NCBI GenBank assembly: GCA_963722655.1
Contig: CAVRNT010000001.1
Coordinates: 98,612 to 162,611 of the forward strand
Direction of reading: 5' to 3'
Origin: an uncultured bacterium
GTDB lineage: Bacteria > Patescibacteriota > Minisyncoccia > UBA6257 > GWB1-50-10
Length of the DNA: 64,000 bases
Below are positions 46,541 to 55,141 of this stretch, piece by piece; position 1 is the first letter of the stretch, and every line of letters begins with the position of its first letter. The translations under genes and the position numbers were made by a program. A model generated the notes under the pieces. That model made no database searches. It saw only the letters and a program-made list of their open reading frames with translations, and was not told the DNA's origin.

Positions 46541-48613
46541 CTAATTCCCTTCCTCGTAAACATCGCGCGGCTTGGCGCCTTCGCCTGGGCCGATGATGCC
46601 GCGCTCCTCCATTATGTCCAACAGCCGGGCGGCTCGAGCGTAGCCGACCTTGAGCCGGCGCTGGAGCAATGAGGCCGAGGCCTTCTTCGCGGCCCGGACG
46701 GTCTCGATCGCCTCGCCCAAAAGTTCGTCATCGTCGCCGCTCCCGTCCAAGGCGTCGAGGTCCAAGGCGATCTCCCCGCCGTTCCCGTTCTCGAAAGCTA
46801 CCTCGTCCCCTTCCACAGATTCGTTGTTGTCGCGGATGAAGTTCGCCACCTTTTTGATCTCCTCTTCGGTGATGAAGGCGCCCTGCACGCGGAGCGGTTT
46901 CGAGGTGTCGGCCGCGACGAAGAGTGCGTCGCCGTGGCCCAAGAGCTTTTCGGCGCCGGCGGTGTCCAAGATCGTCCGCGAATCGATCTGTGAGGCGACC
47001 TGAAGGGCGATGCGCGTCGTGATGTTCGCCTTGATGAGCCCGGTGATGACCTCGACCGAGGGCCGCTGGGTCGAGACCACGAGGTGGAGACCCGTCGCCC
47101 GGGCCATTTGGGCAAGGCGGATGATGGAACTTTCGACCTCGTGGCCGAAGGAAGTCATCAGGTCGGCCAATTCGTCGATGACGATCACGATGTAAGGCAG
47201 ACTGCGGCCGCTTGAATTGTAGCTTTTAATGTCGCGGGCGCCGGCCTCGAGGAGGAGCTGGTAGCGCCGGTCCATTTCCTGGATCGCCCAGCGGAGGACG
47301 CCGATGGACCTCTTGTTCTCGGTGATGACGGGGGCGAGGAGATGCGGAATGCCGGTGTAGACCGAAAGCTCCACCCGCTTCGGGTCGATCATCAGGAGCC
47401 GGAGCATCTCCGGCGAGTTCTTATAAAGGAGCGAGATGATGAGCGAGTGGATCATTATGGACTTGCCGCTTCCGGTCGCGCCGGCGACGAGAAGATGGGG
47501 CATCGTCGCGATGTCCTTGAAAATTGGTTCGCCCGAGACGTTCCGGCCGATGGGAAAGGCAAGATCGCCGGCCTTCTGGAATTCGGGGTAAAGGAGAACA
47601 CTGCCAAGGCGGACGACGGCCGCCGCCTTGTTCGGTACCTCGATGCCGACGAGCGACTTACCCGGGATGGGCGCTTCGATCCTGATCGGATGGGCGGCGA
47701 GAGCCAAAGCGAGGTCTTGGTGGAGCGCGGTGATGCGCGAAAGTTTCACCCCTTCGGCGGGCTTCAAGGTGTAGCGGGTGACGGTGGGGCCGACATTGAT
47801 CTCTCCCATCTCGACCGGGATGCCGAAGCTGTCCAGGGTGCGCTTGATGACGTTCGCGTTCGCCCGCAGATCGCCGATCGTGGGCTTCTCGGTCGTCGAG
47901 GAAAGGAGCGACAAGGGCGGCGGGACGTAATTTTTGATGTGTTTCGGGACCGCGCTCATTCTCGGCATTGGGATATCCGCCAAAACCTCGGGTTCTCTCT
48001 TTTTTTTCTCCTCCTTCGGCGCCTCTTCCGCTTTTTCTTCCATCGGCTCCGGCGGGAGGCTCACTTCCGGCATCTCCTCCTCTTCCGGCGTTTTCCGAGA
48101 GAGCTTCAAAGGCCTGTTCACGATGATGAGGAAGGAGACGATCATCGCGACGATCGTGATGATGAGGGCGACCGGGATGCCGAAAGGCGTTTTTAGCGCC
48201 CCCACGATATTGCCGATCCATCCGCCATTCCCCGGTGCGACGATGTCGATAAAGCCGAGGGCGGAGAGGATGAAAATGCCGCCGCCGATCAGCGTGGACC
48301 GGAAAAGTTTCTTCCGGTCAGGCGCGAGAAGGGCGAAGACGATTATGAGAGCGACGGCCGGGAGGAGAAAATAACCCCAGCCGAAGAGCTTGTCGAAGAG
48401 CGAATAGAAAGCGGCACCCCAAGGACCGGCCTCCCCGGTCGCGGCCAGCGTGAAGATGACGGCTAATCCGGCGAAGACGACGACCCAGATGCTCTTCTTG
48501 GTCTCGGGGTGGAGGGGCGAGACATTCTCCTTCCGATCGAAATTCCGTTCCCGGCCTTCCGAATTCTTTTGTTCGGACCTTCTCTCACCGTTCTTCTTTT
48601 TCCTCCGTGCCAT
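46541..48613 (-). CDS. ftsK: DNA translocase FtsK/SpoIIIE
   Basis: 690 aa; N-terminal TM helices, Walker A GATGSGKS and a C-terminal gamma/winged-helix domain. Confidence 0.85.
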   Translation of the reverse strand: MARRKKKNGERRSEQKNSEGRERNFDRKENVSPLHPETKKSIWVVVFAGLAVIFTLAATGEAGPWGAAFYSLFDKLFGWGYFLLPAVALIIVFALLAPDRKKLFRSTLIGGGIFILSALGFIDIVAPGNGGWIGNIVGALKTPFGIPVALIITIVAMIVSFLIIVNRPLKLSRKTPEEEEMPEVSLPPEPMEEKAEEAPKEEKKKREPEVLADIPMPRMSAVPKHIKNYVPPPLSLLSSTTEKPTIGDLRANANVIKRTLDSFGIPVEMGEINVGPTVTRYTLKPAEGVKLSRITALHQDLALALAAHPIRIEAPIPGKSLVGIEVPNKAAAVVRLGSVLLYPEFQKAGDLAFPIGRNVSGEPIFKDIATMPHLLVAGATGSGKSIMIHSLIISLLYKNSPEMLRLLMIDPKRVELSVYTGIPHLLAPVITENKRSIGVLRWAIQEMDRRYQLLLEAGARDIKSYNSSGRSLPYIVIVIDELADLMTSFGHEVESSIIRLAQMARATGLHLVVSTQRPSVEVITGLIKANITTRIALQVASQIDSRTILDTAGAEKLLGHGDALFVAADTSKPLRVQGAFITEEEIKKVANFIRDNNESVEGDEVAFENGNGGEIALDLDALDGSGDDDELLGEAIETVRAAKKASASLLQRRLKVGYARAARLLDIMEERGIIGPGEGAKPRDVYEEGN

Positions 48614-48654
48614 AGCTTTTTAATTAAAGTGTAAATTGAGCTAAAATTCAAATC

Positions 48655-49413
48655 ATGGAATTCAAATTGTCCGGGAAGAAGGTGGTCATACTCGACTTAG
48701 ATGGGACGCTCGCGAAAAGCAAACAGCCGCTGGACCGGGAAATGGCGCCTCTCCTCGCCGCGCTGACCAAAAAGACCGTGGTCGCCGTTATCGGCGGAGG
48801 CAAGATCGCCCTTTTCCGCAGGCAGGTCCTTGCTCCCCTGCGGCCTTTCCGACCAGATCTGCGGGACCTTCGCCTTTTCCCGACGAACGGGGCCGCGCTT
48901 TACCGCTGGAACGGCAGCTGGAAGAAGGTTTATGAGTCGGAACTCTCAAAAGCCGACGCGGCGCGCATCAAATCGGCCGTAAAAACCGCTCTTACGGAGA
49001 TCCATTTCAAGCATCCTAGGCGCCGTTACGGCCCATTGGTTGAGGACCGCGGAGCACAGATCACGTTTTCGGCCCTCGGCCAACGCGCACCCCTCTTGGC
49101 CAAAATGAAATGGAACCGCAAAAGTGACATCCGGCCGGTATTGGCCAAAGAACTCAAGAAACTTTTGCCGGGATTCAACGTTCAAGAAGCCGGCCTCACG
49201 TCCGTGGACGTCACGAAGGAGGGCATTGATAAAGGTTATGCCATCCGTCGGCTGATGCAGTACCTTCATTTAAAGAGAAGCGAGGCTCTTTTCGTGGGTG
49301 ATGCCATTTCCCCCGGTGGTAACGATTACCCGGCCAAAAAAACCGGCATCCCCTGTCTCAAAGTTTCGGGGCCGGAGGAAACGAAGCAGATGATCAAACG
49401 GCTCCTTGATTGA
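48655..49413 (+). CDS. HAD-superfamily hydrolase (Cof/IIB-like)
   Basis: 252 aa; motif I ILDLDGTL at the N-terminus and GDAISPGGND near the C-terminus. Confidence 0.55.
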   Translation: MEFKLSGKKVVILDLDGTLAKSKQPLDREMAPLLAALTKKTVVAVIGGGKIALFRRQVLAPLRPFRPDLRDLRLFPTNGAALYRWNGSWKKVYESELSKADAARIKSAVKTALTEIHFKHPRRRYGPLVEDRGAQITFSALGQRAPLLAKMKWNRKSDIRPVLAKELKKLLPGFNVQEAGLTSVDVTKEGIDKGYAIRRLMQYLHLKRSEALFVGDAISPGGNDYPAKKTGIPCLKVSGPEETKQMIKRLLD

Positions 49414-49467
49414 CATTTTTATAGCTTTGTGCTAGATTAAAAGGCACTTAACAAAAGAATAAGGAGG

Positions 49468-49815
49468 TTGATTATGTTTGCTATTTTAATAGCAACTACA
49501 CTGTTCATGATTGGGCTGGCATCCATGACCGTAGCTCATGGATTATGGCTGGAAGGTAAGGGGCATAACCAGCTTAAGTTCAAAATGGTTCTCGGTGGGC
49601 TTATCAGTTTGACGATCGCCATCATCCTAACGATCGTCTATTATCCTCTACCGATACCCTCGCACTGGAAGGTGATCTTTACCGTACTGGTCGCCCTGTT
49701 CATTTGGGACATCCTGAGGTTAAGAATCGCCGCCGGACACCCATCGATTCGCTCGGAAATCATCAAGAGAATATGGGTGAAACACGTCGTTTCCGGCATG
49801 TACAGGAATAGGTAG
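49468..49815 (+). CDS. Small membrane protein
   Basis: 115 aa with 3 hydrophobic helices; RBS AAGGAGG; lower GC than neighbours. Confidence 0.35.
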   Translation: MIMFAILIATTLFMIGLASMTVAHGLWLEGKGHNQLKFKMVLGGLISLTIAIILTIVYYPLPIPSHWKVIFTVLVALFIWDILRLRIAAGHPSIRSEIIKRIWVKHVVSGMYRNR

Positions 49816-49827
49816 TCAGGTTTAATA

Positions 49828-49870
49828 CCGGGTCGTTGTCTAAAAGAACAACGGACCCGGCTTTTATTTT
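49828..49870 (+). terminator. Rho-independent terminator CCGGGTCGTTGT-loop-ACAACGGACCCGG + CTTTTATTTT
   Basis: 12-bp stem (one bulge) and T-rich tail, read directly. Confidence 0.6.
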
Positions 49871-50197
49871 AAAAACCAGTAAACCGGCTTAGATCAAAAA
49901 ACTTGAAAAACCTGTAAAACCTGTTTAATCAGATAATGCGACAAAACCTACACCTGCTATTAAACACGCATATTTACTGACTTATCAGGTTTTTTAATTT
50001 AATGGTGCGATTATTTCGGCCTAAATTTGACATAAAAGTGTAAAACATGTGAAATGCTGCTCAATATGTCAGAAGCCGATAATGCGATGGTTATTGTATT
50101 ATTAGGTTTTTGATTAAAAAATATGTTTCGCGGCAAACATATTTAAAATGAGGTTTCTCTGAAATATTTGCTCTTAAAAGTGCTAAAATTATCTCAA

Positions 50198-50566
50198 ATG
50201 ACCCAAAAGTCGAATCTTGGGCGCAAGGGAGAAGAATTTGCTGTTACTTACTTGAAGAAGAACGGCTATTGGATGGTTGATCGGAATGTGAAGATCTACC
50301 ATGACGAGCTGGATATCATCGCCGAGGCACCAAACAAGACGCTGGTTTTCGTTGAGGTGAAGACGGTGACGGACCCGGGGGATTTTGGGGCTCGGGCCGA
50401 AGAGCATATGACGAAGGAGAAACGTGAAAGATTCGAACGGGCGGCCTCGCTCTATGCCGGGAGTCATCCGAAGGAGATCAGCAACAAGAGGGGTTGGCGC
50501 TTGGACGTGATCGCGCTCACTGCCTACGACAATTCATTCACCTCGAAGCACTACGAGAACATTTGA
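50198..50566 (+). CDS. YraN-family (UPF0102) endonuclease-like protein
   Basis: 122 aa; LGRKGEEFAVTYLKKNGYWMVDRN...DELDIIA...LVFVEVKT...WRLDVIAL is the typical YraN pattern. Confidence 0.6.
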   Translation: MTQKSNLGRKGEEFAVTYLKKNGYWMVDRNVKIYHDELDIIAEAPNKTLVFVEVKTVTDPGDFGARAEEHMTKEKRERFERAASLYAGSHPKEISNKRGWRLDVIALTAYDNSFTSKHYENI

Positions 50567-50624
50567 CAATAAGATAATTTAGTTTTATTATATCAATCAA
50601 GAAACTTAAAAAGAGAGGCAGATT

Positions 50625-50891
50625 ATGGGGCGGTATAAGGATGAAAGATTAGACACGCTAGTACGGCGTGCGGAAGAGTACGAACTAGCCTGAGAAGACA
50701 ATAAGGTTTACACCTTCCACGACGAGACGCTGGTTTTGAAGGAGAACGGCGCCGAGATTAAGGAAGACAAAGATTCGTTGGCCACCAACTTCGGTGGACG
50801 CATGTTCGAGCTCACGTTCGAGAATCACCACTTCGTGCACGTTTGTACGCCAAACAGTGATATTTGTACGAAATCGAAACCGATCTTATAG
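50625..50891 (+). pseudogene. Small ORF (89 codons) interrupted by in-frame TGA at codon 23
   Basis: MGRYKDERLDTLVRRAEEYELA*EDNKVYTFHDETLVLKENGAEIKEDKDSLATNFGGRMFELTFENHHFVHVCTPNSDICTKSKPIL*; RBS AGAGAGG; TGA is a genuine stop elsewhere in the window. Confidence 0.3.
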
Positions 50892-50917
50892 CCGCGCCCC
50901 GCGCGGCTTCTGTATTT
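50889..50917 (+). terminator. Hairpin GCCGCGC-ccc-GCGCGGC + TTCTGTATTT
   Basis: 7-bp GC stem with T-rich tail, read directly after the interrupted ORF. Confidence 0.5.
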
Positions 50918-50946
50918 ATAGTCCCGGGGTGCCCCCGGACTTATAT

Positions 50947-50975
50947 TTGACAAATATATCCTGTTGAAGTATAAT
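50947..50975 (+). promoter_or_regulatory. Consensus sigma70 promoter TTGACA-17nt-TATAAT
   Basis: Perfect -35 and -10 hexamers with 17-nt spacer, preceded by ATAT (ATTTGACAAAT motif); lies upstream of the 51049 ORF. Confidence 0.5.
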
Positions 50976-51048
50976 ATGCGCAGAAATGGTTGAAAACTGG
51001 ACATGTAAATAAACCCGCGCTGGCCGGATAACGCCAGAAGGAGATTGT

Positions 51049-51399
51049 ATGAATTTCCAAGGATTCCTGCAGGTGGTAAAGGGCTATTCGCAATATCTGG
51101 AAGTAGCGAAACCGTATTTGCCGGGGATAGTGACCGTAGTCACACTGCTTTTACTGAACTACTTGTACATCACAAAGTTCTTCTTAAGGAAGATCTTTGT
51201 GGATTTTGTCGTGTTTGCAGTGCTGGCTATTGGCGTATCTTTCGCCGGCTTAAGCTGGGTCTCGTACGCATCGATTGTAAACCCCAGTTTCAGCACGGTG
51301 GGTTCGATTGAAACGCTGGCAATAGTGGCTGGAGTGATACTGAGCGTCGTTGCCAACCTGTGCTTGTCATTTGCCTATCACGACCCCAATCTTAGGTAG
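51049..51399 (+). CDS. Small membrane protein
   Basis: 116 aa with 3 TM helices; RBS GAAGGAG. Confidence 0.4.
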   Translation: MNFQGFLQVVKGYSQYLEVAKPYLPGIVTVVTLLLLNYLYITKFFLRKIFVDFVVFAVLAIGVSFAGLSWVSYASIVNPSFSTVGSIETLAIVAGVILSVVANLCLSFAYHDPNLR

Positions 51400-51407
51400 A
51401 AATTTGA

Positions 51408-51457
51408 GCCCGGTGGAGAAAATTGAAAATTCTCCGCTGGGCTTGTCTTTTTTCTTG
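51408..51457 (+). terminator. Rho-independent terminator (13-bp stem GCCCGGTGGAGAA/TTCTCCGCTGGGC) + TTGTCTTTTTTCTT
   Basis: Long stem with 2 G-U pairs and a T-tract, read directly. Confidence 0.65.
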
Positions 51458-51518
51458 AATGTGCTATAGTGCTTGCGTACTTGACCGCTCCTTGAGAGCG
51501 GCAAAATTTTAAAGGGAT

Positions 51519-52742
51519 ATGGATCTCAAATCATTGGCCGTCGCGGTGGACCAGATCGCTGCGGAAAAGGGGATACCGGCGGAGAAAGTGATGGGCGCCA
51601 TCGAGGCCGCCATCGCCGCCGCCTATAAGCGCGAATACCGCAAGCGCTCCGAGGTCGTCCGGGCCAAATTCGACCCGAAGACGGGGGATATGGAGTTCGC
51701 CCAAGTGAAGACCGTCGTCGAACCGTCCGAAGTGCGCATCGTCGCCGAGGGAGAGGAAGAACCGCAGACGGCCGCCGACAGCGAGGAACTTCTGCCCCGG
51801 TACAACGAGGACCGCCACATTTTTTTGGCGGAGGCGAAGAAGATTAAAAAGGACGCCAAATCCGGCGACGAGCTGGAATTCCCGTTGGAATCCCACGCCG
51901 ATTTCGGCCGCATCGCCGCCCAAACGGCGAAACAGGTCGTTTTGCAGAGCCTGCGGGATGCGGAGCGAGCCTCCGTTAAGGAGGAGTTCGCCGACAAGGA
52001 AGGGGAGATTGTCTCGGGCGTCGTCCAGCGCTTCGAGCGCGGCAACGTCTACGTGAACCTCGGCCGGGCGATAGGCATCATGTATCCGAACGAAAGCATC
52101 TCTGGCGAGCACTACCGCCTCGGCGACCGGATGCGCTTCTACGTTTTGGCCGTCCAAGACGACGTCCGTCGGCCGGGCATCGTCCTTTCTCGCTCGCACC
52201 CGAACTTCGTGAAGAAGCTCTTCGAGCTCGAAGTGCCGGAGATTGCGGAAGGGACCGTTGAGGTCAAGGAAATCGCCCGCGAAGCGGGGAGCCGGACCAA
52301 GATCGCCGTCGCCTCCAAGGAGGAAGGCGTGGACCCGGTGGGTTCGGCCGTCGGCCAGCGCGGCACGCGCGTAATGGCGGTGACGAACGAACTGGGGAAC
52401 GAGAAGATTGATATCATCGAATGGTCCGACGACCCGGAGAAGTTCATCGGTAACTCCATCTCGCCGGCCAAGGCCAAGCTCGTCGAGATCCTGCCGCGGC
52501 GCGAGGCGCGGGTCCTGGTTTCCGAAGATCAACTCTCGCTCGCAATCGGCAAGGGCGGGCAGAATGTCCGTTTGGCCGCGAAACTCACGGGGTGGAAGAT
52601 AGACGTGCGCTCGCAATCCAATCCCGACGCGGTCCTCGAGGGCGGCGTTGCGGCGGCCGAGGCTGAGTCCGCGGACGAAGGCACCGCTGATTTCGGCGAA
52701 GCGGAAGCGCCCAAGGAAGCGAAAAAAGAAGTCGCAGAATAG
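51519..52742 (+). CDS. nusA: Transcription termination/antitermination factor NusA
   Basis: 407 aa with S1-like and tandem KH regions (GSRTKIAVASKEEGVDPVGSAVGQRGTRV...) and an acidic tail. Confidence 0.85.
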   Translation: MDLKSLAVAVDQIAAEKGIPAEKVMGAIEAAIAAAYKREYRKRSEVVRAKFDPKTGDMEFAQVKTVVEPSEVRIVAEGEEEPQTAADSEELLPRYNEDRHIFLAEAKKIKKDAKSGDELEFPLESHADFGRIAAQTAKQVVLQSLRDAERASVKEEFADKEGEIVSGVVQRFERGNVYVNLGRAIGIMYPNESISGEHYRLGDRMRFYVLAVQDDVRRPGIVLSRSHPNFVKKLFELEVPEIAEGTVEVKEIAREAGSRTKIAVASKEEGVDPVGSAVGQRGTRVMAVTNELGNEKIDIIEWSDDPEKFIGNSISPAKAKLVEILPRREARVLVSEDQLSLAIGKGGQNVRLAAKLTGWKIDVRSQSNPDAVLEGGVAAAEAESADEGTADFGEAEAPKEAKKEVAE

Positions 52743-52744
52743 TT

Positions 52745-53167
52745 ATGAAATTCAAATTCGGCGGAGTATTGATTTGGAAGAACGGGAAAGTCCTTTTGGT
52801 GCAGGAAAAACACAAAGCGGCGAGGGGCCTCTGGTCGCTTCCTTTGGGTTTTGTCGAGAAAAACGAGACCTTGAGGGAAGGAACGGTCCGGGAAGCGAAA
52901 GAAGAAACCGGTTACGCTGTGCAGCTCAAGAAGAAGATGAGATCCATCTTCGTAAAGGCGCGGGACTTCCATAGCGCCCACCCTTTCCTTCGGGGGAGAG
53001 TGCATCTCACCGTGTTTTACGCGGAAACGGTCGGCAAGCGGTCGCGGAAGACCGAGCTTAAAACTGGCTGGTTTTCCAGGCGGGAGATCGAAGCGCTAAA
53101 TTTGCGAGGCGACTGGGAGAAAAAAATTCTTTTGCCAAAGCAGCGAGTTTCTGACAAAGTACGTTAA
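52745..53167 (+). CDS. NUDIX hydrolase
   Basis: 140 aa; Nudix box GFVEKNETLREGTVREAKEETGY. Confidence 0.7.
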   Translation: MKFKFGGVLIWKNGKVLLVQEKHKAARGLWSLPLGFVEKNETLREGTVREAKEETGYAVQLKKKMRSIFVKARDFHSAHPFLRGRVHLTVFYAETVGKRSRKTELKTGWFSRREIEALNLRGDWEKKILLPKQRVSDKVR

Positions 53168-53178
53168 ATTCTAAAAAA

Positions 53179-53205
53179 ACGGCTCGTCATTCGACGGGTC
53201 GTTTT
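53179..53205. terminator. Bidirectional terminator hairpin between convergent genes
   Basis: 10-bp stem (2 G-U) ACGGCTCGTC-attc-GACGGGTCGT, preceded by AAAAAA and followed by TTT. Confidence 0.4.
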
Positions 53206-53226
53206 AGTTAAGATAGATAGATTAAC

Positions 53227-53868
53227 TTATTGTTTGTTGCTCGGCCAGATCATCCTTAGTGCTCGGAAACCGATGCACGCCCAGGGTTTTCGGAGAAGAA
53301 ATCGGTACAGTTGCATCCGCCTCTTCTCGTATGAAGCAAATGATTCTTCGGTCGCCCAATATGGTTGGCCGGGGACGTCTTTGTCGTACGGACCATCCGA
53401 GGACACCCCGAACATCTTGAGCTTCCCGCCATAATACAGCCTGTTCACCGTAAGGAAAGATAATTCAGTCCTCTTGATGTGCAGTGGGTGATCTACTATC
53501 GCAATGGCATTTTGCTCGCCGCCATCGCAGTGCAGACAAAGGGTCGCGGCCCTAAGTGCCTCAAAGGCGTTATTGTGCGTCCGGTAGGACGCGTTCTCAA
53601 TAATCGTTGGCACTGCCCCACTTGCACTTCCATTGTAAGCGGGTTTGGTCCAATAGAGATTATTCATTGAATCGGCCTCTGTCACACCGTTGACCTTATA
53701 ACCTCCAGAGAAGATAATCCTGATACCGTTTTTCGCCGCAGCGAGCATTTTGTAACGGATGCTAGGTTTATTTGCGATCTGCCGGCACGTTTCGACTACC
53801 GCGTCACTCATTTTACTCGGCGTTCCGTCGGCGTGCAGGCCGTTCCCAATCCCTATGATAATCAGCAA
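53227..53868 (-). CDS. DUF218 (YdcF/SanA/ElyC-like) domain protein
   Basis: 213 aa; MLIIIGIGNG...IRIIFSGG pattern resembles DUF218. Confidence 0.45.
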   Translation of the reverse strand: MLIIIGIGNGLHADGTPSKMSDAVVETCRQIANKPSIRYKMLAAAKNGIRIIFSGGYKVNGVTEADSMNNLYWTKPAYNGSASGAVPTIIENASYRTHNNAFEALRAATLCLHCDGGEQNAIAIVDHPLHIKRTELSFLTVNRLYYGGKLKMFGVSSDGPYDKDVPGQPYWATEESFASYEKRRMQLYRFLLRKPWACIGFRALRMIWPSNKQ

Positions 53869-53975
53869 TTGCTTACACCTCCTTTTGTTAATTTTATCCT
53901 GGCAATAGATTATAACTATCGAGTCATTTCGTCAAGAAAAACCCCGCCTTGGACGGGGTTTGTGATTATTTACAT

Positions 53976-54425
53976 TCAATCGCTCTTCACTTTTAGCTTT
54001 TTCGCCTTGGCCCGGTCGAGCTTCGGCATCCGGATCGTCAGAACGCCGTTTTTGAGTGTCGCCGCGGAATGCTCCGGGTCCACCTCGTGCGGGAGGATGA
54101 CGGTGCGGGAGAACGTTCCCCAGAAAAGTTCTTGGTAGAAGTAGTCCTTGTCGCTCACCTTGTCGCTCCGCTCGCGCTCGCCGCGGATCGTGACCGATTC
54201 GGTCGTGATGTTCACCTCGAGTTTGTCGTCCTCGACGCCCGCGACCGTGGACTGAACAATGATGTCATCGCCGTCCTCGTAGACGTCGACGGTGAGGGTT
54301 CCTTCGCCTTCGTCAGCGCCGACTGCCGCCTCTTCCCTTATCTTAAGCGGCGTCGGGGCGCTCTTCACTTTGGCGAGCTCGACGAAGATATCCTTTTTCT
54401 CGTTGTTCTCTTCCATCCCGCTCAT
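53976..54425 (-). CDS. Hsp20/alpha-crystallin small heat-shock protein
   Basis: 149 aa; alpha-crystallin domain (LTVDVYEDGDDIIVQSTVAGV...GVLTIRMPK). Confidence 0.8.
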   Translation of the reverse strand: MSGMEENNEKKDIFVELAKVKSAPTPLKIREEAAVGADEGEGTLTVDVYEDGDDIIVQSTVAGVEDDKLEVNITTESVTIRGERERSDKVSDKDYFYQELFWGTFSRTVILPHEVDPEHSAATLKNGVLTIRMPKLDRAKAKKLKVKSD

Positions 54426-54429
54426 TATA

Positions 54430-55140
54430 TCAGAAATGGGGACGCGCGACCTCTTCCCGCTTCAGGACGTCGAAATCCTTGAGGACGAAGAGGGCCGCCA
54501 GGGCGAGGAAGAGCGAAGGGTAGAGCATGTTCACGTCCTGGAACTGGTAGATGAGGAGATTGAAGGCGGCGTGGAGCGCGGTCGCGGCGAGGAGGCTGAA
54601 GGCGACGTACTTTCCGACTTTCTTTTTGATTTTCCCCTGCGCCCAAGCGAAGCCGACGAGGCCCGAGGCCAAGCTGTGGAGGAGGGTCGCGCCGATGAAG
54701 CGGAAGCCGAGCGTGGAGACGGCCGAAAGGACGGAAGCGACACTCACGTAACCGAGCTGTCCGCCCACAATGAAAAGGTTCTCAATCGTCGCGAAACCGA
54801 GGGCCGCCGTGATCATGTAGATCATCGCGTCCACCGGTTCGTCGAAGGCGGGATTGTCCCCGATGCTCCAACGCGCGGCGAAGAACTTGAAGACCTCCTC
54901 GATGACGGCCAATCCGACGATGAGGAGGAGAAAATTGTGGAGCGGCGAGGCGACGAGGTTCTGGAAGAGGAGCTGGAGGCCGAGGACCGGGACGCTGGCG
55001 ACGGCGCCGGCCATAAAGACGAGGGCAATGAGCTTCTTGGGTTCCGGGTGGATATCCTCGCGGAGGAAAAAGACGAGCCAGATTAGGGCCGGCACGGCCG
55101 CGAGGAAGAAGGTCAAGATGTAGCTTAAGACGACCTCCAT
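54430..55140 (-). CDS. PrsW-family intramembrane metalloprotease
   Basis: 236 aa, polytopic; EEVFKFF and FxxxHSLASG motifs typical of PrsW/YpdC. Confidence 0.55.
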   Translation of the reverse strand: MEVVLSYILTFFLAAVPALIWLVFFLREDIHPEPKKLIALVFMAGAVASVPVLGLQLLFQNLVASPLHNFLLLIVGLAVIEEVFKFFAARWSIGDNPAFDEPVDAMIYMITAALGFATIENLFIVGGQLGYVSVASVLSAVSTLGFRFIGATLLHSLASGLVGFAWAQGKIKKKVGKYVAFSLLAATALHAAFNLLIYQFQDVNMLYPSLFLALAALFVLKDFDVLKREEVARPHF

Positions 55141-55141
55141 T

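Noticed and set aside
50625-50891. TGA-to-amino-acid recoding (genetic code 25-like) to explain the in-frame TGA.
   Set aside because: TGA clearly terminates well-supported genes in this window (for example the YebC-family gene at 651-653, and the ATGA-coupled junctions), so standard code 11 applies. The interrupted ORF is better explained as a pseudogene or local recoding.
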